From Octopus vulgaris (lineage: Eukaryota), in the NCBI GenBank assembly GCA_951406725.2, contig OX597814.1, positions 77,066,001 through 77,130,000 on the forward strand: DNA of 64,000 bases, written 5' to 3'. The position numbers and the translations under genes were made by a program. The notes below the pieces were generated by a model. The model saw only the letters and a program-made list of their open reading frames with translations. It was not told the origin of the DNA and made no database searches. This document shows positions 55,546-64,000 of this stretch, piece after piece (position 1 is the stretch's first letter; every line of letters starts with the position of its first letter).

Positions 55546-58500
55546 TTTTTTTTCTTCTTTCAAATTTGCTTCCATTTCTTGCCGAGTGTCTTCCCGACTC
55601 CTAGGGCAAAGAAACTCATAGTATACATTGGTAGGCCATTAAACCAAACTCAATAGTTCGTTCATTTTTTTTTTTTTAAGTTAAATTAAAATACATGAGC
55701 AGCAACAATTCTCACATCGACAATGCTCTTCTCAATACATGTGATGTACCAGTTAAGACAATCTTTTACACTTCTTGCAGGGATGGTAAGCCAGGGATCA
55801 TTCTCATATAATTTTCGGTTCCCTTCTTGATCATTCCTAGTGCTCCTACGATCACTGGTATTGTAACCGCCTTGAGATGCCACATTTTCTCAATTTCAAT
55901 GAGTAGGTCTTTATATTTTCTGAGCTTGTCAAACTCTTTCGCTGAGATATTATGATCACAGGGGATGCACATGTCGATCAATAAGCAAACTTTATTGTTT
56001 TGGTCTTTCACAACAATATCTGGCTTATTGGCCTTGATGGTTCGGTCTGTATGTACTGGAAAGTCCCACAGAATGGTTACATTTTCTCCTTCAGTTACAG
56101 CCTCAGGGTGGTGATTATACCACTTGTCGGCAGTTTTGATATTGTAATGCCGACTTATTAGCCAGTGTAGATATTGGCCAACTCTGTCATGTCTTAATTT
56201 ATACTCCACTGGTGCTAAGACTTTACATCCAGAGATTAGATGGTCCACTGTTTCAATCATGTCGTTGCAGAATCGGCATTTTGGGTCTGCTCCATTTTTC
56301 ATCACATTGTTCTGGTAGTTCCGGGTTAATAGGCTTTGATCTTGAGCAGCCAGGATGAAACCTTCGCTCTCTGCTTTTAGCCCTGAGCTCCGTAGCCACT
56401 GATGGGTTTGCTTCTGGTCAACATCAGCTTGTTTGCTGCGGGTCACATATTTGCCGTGCAGAGGTTTCTCCTCCCACCTATCAGCCAATTGCTCGTGCGC
56501 TTTTTTCGTTGCCATCATTTTCACCTTCTTTGCAACAATAGTTGCCGTACTTCCCTCGGGTTGTTCAGTTTGGGTATCCTGCACGAGATCAATAGCAATT
56601 TTTTTGCTTTCCTTGATGATAGAATGAAGCTTCTTTCGTCTCTCGTGATTTTCCACGAGCTTTAGCATCCAGTCATTCGATATTTCGAGATATTTGGCCA
56701 GTCCAATTGTGGTTGTTTTGTAAGCTAGTTCAAATTGTATCAGGCCTCGACCTCCTTGGGCTCTGGGAAGGTAAAGGCGATCTACGTCTGCCTTTGGGTG
56801 GTGCATCCTATTACAACTCAGCAGCTTGCGTATTTTCCTATCTATATTCTTTACTTCACTCATATTCCAGTTCAACACATTGTAGCTATAAGTAACAACT
56901 GGAACTGCTAAGGAATTTATAGCTAACACCTTGTTACGTGCATTTAGTTCAGATTTCAGGACTGCACGAACTCTCCTATAACATTCCTTCCTGATCTTCT
57001 CTTTCATGCTTGCATGCTGAATACCAGAGCCTTCATTTATCCCTAAATATTTGTATGTTTGTTATTGCTCAAGCTCTCTTATGACTGTGTCAACATCTAA
57101 CACGACTGAATTTGTGGTCTTCACTTTCCCTTTCTGGAAAGTGGCCTTGGCACACTTCTCAAGTCCAAACTCCATCCCGATGTCATCGCTGAATGCTTTC
57201 ACGGTGCGCAATAGGCCTTCAAGTTCATTATTGTCTTTACCATAAAGTTTTAAGTCATCCATATAAAATAGATGGCTTATTTTTTTATTGGCAATTTTAT
57301 ACCCATACCCTGTTCTGTTTAATTCACTTGTAAGGGGTATTAGGGTTATGCGGAATATTAAAGGTGAAAGTGAGTCACCTTGAAAAATTCCACAGTTGAT
57401 GTTTATATTTTCTGAGGCAAGTACTCCATTAGAGTGGTATAATTGGAGATTCGTATTCCACAACGACATATTGTGCTTCAGGAAGTTTGAAATCACAAGG
57501 GAAATTTTGAAGATGTCCAGCGGTATACTGTCGAAGGCCTTTTTATAGTCAATCCATGCTGTGCTGAGATTTCTGCGCTTGTTGTGACAGTTCTCAAGGA
57601 TCATACGATTGATTAGCCGTTGATCTTTGCATCCGTAAGAGCCTCGGCGGCACCCTTTTTGTTCGATGGGGAAAATATCGTTCTTCTCCATGAATGCATA
57701 TGTTTTCTCCGCCAGGATAGATGTTAGGATTTTATACGTGGTGGATAGACAGGTTATAGGCCGATAGTTTTTTGGAAGGTTGGTTTCGTTATTCTTTGGG
57801 AGTAGGTAAGTAATGCCACTTACTAACCATTCTGGTGTTTTCTTTGGGTCTCTCATAATTCCATTGAGCAGCTGAACTAGCTTACCGTGTGCGCATGGGA
57901 GCGATGCGAGCCAGAAATTCGGCACCCTATCTTTACCGGGGGATTTCCAATTATGGGCCTTCGTGAGTGCCTTTCTTAGGTCTGCTATTGTGATGTCTTC
58001 CCATGCTTGTTGTTGTAAATTTTGGTAGGATCCTTCAGTTTGTATAATCCAGTCTGCATTTATGTTGTACGTCTTCTTGTCACTCCAAATCCTTTTCCAA
58101 AAGTTTTGAACTTCTTCCATGGGAGGGGGTCTTTAACGGTTACTTTCTCCTTCCCTATTTCTCTGTAGAATTTTTTGGCATTGGATGTGAACAGCTTATT
58201 TTGCTTGTAAAGCTTGTTTCTCTTCTCAAATCTTCGTATTCTTTGGGCTTTTGCTTGGACTTTTTGTTTCAGCGTTTCTTTTATTGATATCAGTTCTTCT
58301 CTTGGTGAGGATCCAAATTTTCTCTTCATCTTTCTTCCTGTTCTGGATCTTACATCATTTCCACATATTAGTTCATTTAATATTGATATTTCCCCTCTCA
58401 TAAATTCAATCTCTTTTTCAATTTTACTTCTCCAGGTTTGATTTCTTCCCAGGTTTTGTTTTCTTTGTTTTTTCGGGGGCATACAGCTGGTTTCAATTGC

Positions 58501-59890
58501 CCTAGCAGAAGCGTAAATAATTTCATTTAACTCAGTAAAATCAGGTTTTAATTCTCGTATTATTTCATTTGTTACATAGTTGCCAATTTGGATTTGTTTT
58601 TTATTTTGGTTTGTATTTGAGAGTTTATGAAGTGGTTCTCTATCATTCATACTTGTATGTCTTACAACTTCAAGCGTATTCAGGATTTTCTGCCTCATTT
58701 CTGCCATAGACTCTCTGTGTTCTTCAGCAAATGCGAGATCTTCAGTTACTGTTGTTTTTTCGTTTTCCTGGCTATCTTTAACAGGTACAATAGAATTTCT
58801 TGTATCTTCAGGCCTTTGCGTACTTTGGTCAGATGGCAGTCTTTCAATTAAGCCTCGTGGCGGGCTATACTGTTCATCTGATTCTTCATTTCCTTTGTGT
58901 CTTATATTTATGTCATTTTCCGTTGCGTGCTTGATCGCGCTTATTTCACTGCCTGTGAGCCTGTTATTTCTAAGGATATCCCTCCTCACATTTGCTAATT
59001 TGTTCTCGTCCAAATAGGGCCTACTGTCTTGATTCCGTGTTCTCCATATACTGTAAGAGTTTGCGGTGTGTCTCTCTTGAGATGGCCTACCTAATGCATA
59101 GTAATAAGCGTATATTACTTCTTTATACTCTTCTCGGGTCCATTTGTTCCGCTTACATTTTTCCTTCTGTGGTGGTTGTTGTGGAGAACTTGGAGGGCTC
59201 GAGTTGGGGGATTTCCCGTTCAAGTGACCATCCATGTCCGTATTCGGAGAAGAGTTTGTGCCAGTTGATGACTTTTCGATCCCAGGCTGACTCTTCCCTG
59301 GGGGACGCGCTTCCAGATTAACCATAGGACAAGCGATTTGGTATACTGATTTAGTTTTCCTTTTAGTTTCCAAAAACATTTTGGTGCTACGATAATGTTA
59401 TCATTTTTTAGCTTTGGTTGGCTCGTGGGGAGACGGCCATCATTGCCGTTATAATTATAATCGTACCATTATAGCAGCCGTAGTCGGCTTATTATTGTTA
59501 TCATCACCATTACTATCACTATCATCATTATCACCACCATTACCATCATCGTTATCATCATCACCATCACCATCACCACCATCATCATCAATGATATTGT
59601 TTTATGTGTAGTCACAGCAGTATCTTATTATTGTTATTTTTGTTTTTTTATCATTATCACCATCACAGTAGTGTCTGTCTGTCTCGTTGGCTGGCTTGGT
59701 GGTTGGCTGGCTGACTGTCTTCAACGCCAGAGTTCTTGCCTGTCAAATAATACTTTCATATTTGGTTAACAATAGAGCGGAGATGAGGTTTGTGTTGGTT
59801 GAACTCTTTGAGTGTGTGTGTAGATAGATAGATAGATTATCAGCACTATTACTATCATTATTATCATCATCACCATCAGTGATATTTTTT

Positions 59891-59924
<34 letters not shown>

Positions 59925-60272
59925 GTGGGGTCCTGTCGGTCAAAAAAAGTTCAGATGTTTACTACTATTAGGCTTAAGAAAAATTAAGGAAGGGATGTTC
60001 TGTATTGTTTGTGAATAGAGAAGTTGTGTTCGACCAGAGAGAATCTTAGCATCATCATTTTTTTTCCATGTGCGTTTGTGTTATTGCAATAAAAAGTGTT
60101 TGTATATTTCGTGTAAGGTAATATTGTGGAGGTTGAAGTTGACTTTTCTAGAGATGTTTGTATGTCCGGTTAGAAGAACAGGTGTGTTTTTGCAATAAAA
60201 AGTATATGTTTACATTTATATTTGAATATTCAGGGAGGAAGCAAAGAAAAGTCAGATTTTCATAGGAAGTTT
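55545..60272 (-). mobile_element. R4/Dong-clade LINE family 2, near full length (copy F)
   Basis: ORFs 59379-58060, 58120-57062, 57007-55766; YMDDLK, CRFC..DHLISGC, RHD, KPDIVV..IDM; one frameshift, two nonsense codons; (TAA)n at both ends. Confidence 0.92.
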
Positions 60273-60297
60273 TATTATTAACATTATTATTATTATA

Positions 60298-60392
<95 letters not shown>

Positions 60393-60589
60393 GGCGGCGA
60401 GCTGACACAATAATTAGGACACCCTGCAAAATGCAAAAATAACTCGTATTAAACCCAACATATGTGAATGTATTCGGTAGAGGGAAACTGAAAAAGTCCA
60501 TAAAAGCGTGCATATGCGTATAATATCTATGTGTATGAGCTTTTCTATTTGTCTTTGTATTCCACCGCTTGTGTTTCGTCGGGTTCAAT

Positions 60590-60763
60590 CGTACTGCTTA
60601 TGTGGCCGCTGCCATGAGCGAAGCACAAGTATACGAGTGGTTTTCACGTTTCAGAAATGGTCACTTGTCGCTTGAGGACCAAACTCGTTCAGGGCCACCG
60701 TCAATCTCCCGATTAAATGTAAACATAAAAATTCATGAAATGATTTTGGAGGACCCTCACTGA
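60590..60763 (+). pseudogene. Mariner transposase fragment (duplicate)
   Basis: Peptide identical to 19865-20040. Confidence 0.8.
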
Positions 60764-60871
60764 ACAATTTACAAACTTGATATGATTGGCGTGTCCTGAA
60801 GCTCCTGCCAAAGAATTTTGAGCGTGGAATTGTGAATCAATAGAGTAAATAAGAATAAAGAATATACAAGA

Positions 60872-60921
<50 letters not shown>

Positions 60922-60942
60922 GTGTGTGTTTGTGTTTGTGTT

Positions 60943-60998
<56 letters not shown>

Positions 60999-61477
60999 CG
61001 TATATTTGGCATAAAGTACTTGACTGGCACTTTATTTAATCAACCCTGAAATGAATTAGCCACGTTGACGTCAAATTTGCGTCAATTGGGTGGGAATATA
61101 TCAAAATGATTTTGTTGAGAATAGCACCATTGTTTGCAAGCTTTACAAATAAGTTGCTGAATCATTGTATTTACGATGTGCATGTACTGAATCTGGTACC
61201 TCATTTCTATTAACAGCTTGAGGATCTCTTAAATGTATTTTTGACTTTTGGTATGAATAGCGTCGTTGTTTGTAAGCGTTACAAATCCGTTTCTGAGTCA
61301 TTGCATTTACAATAAGCATTGAGTAAAGAGGGCAGGACAGCTTTAGCAGGTAGGGCATGAATACCAGTAATATAATACCATAATAGGCCACCATAAAATC
61401 ACTATTTTGAATTCTGTCTTGAGTTTTCTCTGTAATGCACACATACAACTATTTCAGCTATTCTCTATCCAACATCG

Positions 61478-63480
61478 ATTTTCTATTAGTCACAAGGGGC
61501 CAACAAAGAGGGGACAATACAATCTGATTTGGGAGTCAGATGAGCGAATGATTATACAGAAAAGATGACATAAAAAATTTTACAAAAATAAGGAAATATA
61601 ATAAAATTGAATGGTAAAACAGACCGGAAGACATTACGGATGAAATGGGGGTGGGGGTTTAATTCGGACCCCACGAGCCCCGCCTCGCCACCGATAACTG
61701 AGTTACATCCTGTGTCGCATTCTTGAGGTTCCATCCACACGCAACATCCATGTTACATTCTTACGTCGATTTTCAAACATTTTCACAGTCAGGCATTTTC
61801 TCTCTAACCCTATTTTCCTTTTAAGGTAAAAGGTGAAGTAATTCACGAATTCAGGGCCAGAGATGCATTTGCCTGACTTTCAGCCTCGTTCTCCAAATTA
61901 CCTCTCTCGCAATTGCTACTACAATGAGAAAACAATTCTTACCTTCTTTCGAAAGGAAATCAAAAGGGTCAATTTTTACTATACACTCAGTCGATAGCTG
62001 TACTCTTCCTGCACTTGACAACAGTTGTTCAGCATAAACTCACACATCTGACACCTCCGAACATTGAACAATTGCATGCGGAACGGTTTCCCTATACCGC
62101 TCGCATCTAGGACAGATCGAAGAGCCAAAGCCACCATGCCTTGTGAGCTTGTCCCGAACATGTAAGGCTCCTCTGTAACACTACCATGCCAGATACTTCT
62201 GAAAGTTATCCAGCGTCTCCGGCGCGAATGTACGTTGGAACAGACTGGCCAGCTGATTATCGTCAAGACCTATGGTTTCCCCTAAAGTATCGTCACATTC
62301 CGCCTCTACCAGCCCTCTATAAAAGAATGCGTTGGAATCTCCACCACAAGCATTGACCGAGCGACGGAATAATAGGAGAGCATTGCGATACTCCGTAAAC
62401 CATGTACCCAACTTCGATCTTCGATAGAACGAGGATTCCTGTCCAGTGAAACTAGTGAATTTGGGAAACATCCGTTTCGCCAGCGGAGACCACACCCGTT
62501 CACCATTCAGGTAGAGCCACAAATGCCTCAACCTCAGCGCATATCTAGCCCACCCTTTAACGGTTGTTGACAGCAAGTAGAGCGTTTCACAAGCGGTTTC
62601 AAGCCCCTCCACAAAAAGGGAAAGAGCTGTCTTTCAAGCTTGTTCAACCACGAATCAGGGCAAGGAACGACGGTTAGGCAGTAGTTGATGACCGACGTGA
62701 TGAACACATTGGCTACCTCCGTCCTCCCTTTCAGGGATAGCCACCGCCAAGACCAGGCCTTGACTATGTGGGTCACCCTGCTCGATACCTCGGTCCAGTT
62801 CTTCTCTATCTGGAGGTCTGGTCCAAACCAACTCCTAGCAACTTAATCGGACCCTTCGTCCAACGTCCCATGACGCTGTCAGGAGGCATCGATTTGATTC
62901 TCCAGGTGCCGAGCTGCAAGCCGACTGACTTTTCACGATTAACTTTTGCTCCTGCCACCGTCTCGTAAACCTTAATGACATTGCCTATCCTCTGTAGGTG
63001 ATCCATTTCGGTTACCATGATGGTGATGTCATCCGCATAAGCTTAAACCGACTTTACACAACCCGGCTGTCTCGGGATTCCGCTCAATTTTTGCAGTAAT
63101 GGATCAAGAACCATCACGTACAAAAGCGGGGAGAGCGGACACCCTTGACGAACTGAGCTTTTGATGTTGAACGGCCTTGATAAGAAGCCGTTCACCCGAC
63201 CTACCGAGTCGCTGTTGTCAGAAATCTGAATGAACCACATGAGGAAGCCAAGACCCAGGCGGAACTGTGCCAGAGCGGACACCAGATAGCGATGGTTACC
63301 CTATCAAATGAAGTAGATCGGTCTAAATGGACCAGTGCCCCACTATTGCCAGAATCACTATTAAATCCCGCTAAAGTGTACCGTATAAGATGGAGACTAT
63401 TTGTCTAGCCAACGTGTGAGCTAGAGCATTGTTGAAGGGTTCACATAATGTGTGACGAAAGAACTTTGACAACGCAACTA
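61478..63480 (-). pseudogene. Tx1/L1 RT-to-3' fragment (duplicate)
   Basis: Mirror of 17160-19165. Confidence 0.85.
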
Positions 63481-63481
63481 A

Positions 63482-63988
63482 AATCGATAGTGAAGATTTC
63501 TCCGCCAACTCCCTTTAACCGGGCGGGGCAGACAATTCTTTATTTACCTGGTGGTTGTAGAGAAAGAGGTAGTGTGGTGGACACGTTTGAAAGGCCTAAA
63601 GACATGCACTTTCGTCTTTGGCTAAAGCGTCATCAACTTCAAGTCTCACTTGAGAAGGAAAGTGAGGGTGGAGAGGGAAATGTCTTCTATCAAATTTGTT
63701 GAAAGGTAGGTGGATGTTAGGAAAATGGCCAGTGTAAATGGACCAATTCTGAGAATACACCTGTAAAAATAATAAAAGGAGAAGGGCTCTTGCCCAGTTG
63801 ATCAGGCACACGTGGCTTTTGTTGCTTTTTCTACGAGTAACCATTAAAGAGCCTACCACTATTGGGAGTTTTACTTGTTACTTCTGGATTGTTATTTAAT
63901 GTTTACATGAATGTGAAAACCCTTTGTAACGTCTTCTGTTGTCTTTTATGTATAATTTATATTAGCCCTTGTAGCCCATAAAAGAATT
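63482..63988 (+). pseudogene. Tx1-like 3' end (duplicate)
   Basis: Mirror of 16652-17157. Confidence 0.75.
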
Positions 63989-64000
63989 AATTATTATTAT

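Larger units (their letters stand above)
57571..64000 (-). repeat. Inverted segmental duplication, copy 2 of ~16640-23068 (runs off the window)
   Basis: Reverse-complement near identity. Confidence 0.95.

Overview
Repeat-saturated eukaryotic DNA. The SINE families and dense (TA)/(CA)/(TAA) microsatellites point to an octopus-type cephalopod genome; this is inferred from recognition of the repeats and was not verified. Most ORFs in the track are microsatellite artefacts. Real coding remnants are: six R4/Dong-clade LINE copies from three families, mostly abutting (TAA)n arrays, two near full length; a nearly intact CR1-type LINE; Tx1/L1, RTE, mariner and Helitron fragments; and one host gene for a small secreted chitin-binding (CBM14-like) peptide. 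That gene's putative signal-peptide exon (about 11 kb, minus strand) and domain exon (about 24.2 kb, plus strand) face away from each other across inverted repeats. The window is built from recent segmental duplications: direct 10-9749 vs 42572-52291, inverted ~16640-23068 vs 57571-64000, and an older inverted 2.6-9.7 kb vs 14.8-18.1 kb. The 31-42.5 kb region holds several type I hammerhead ribozyme motifs in Penelope/retrozyme-like termini, including a 558-nt circular-permutation-like unit and a recurring U.U variant at the base of stem II. All alignments and folds were done by eye.
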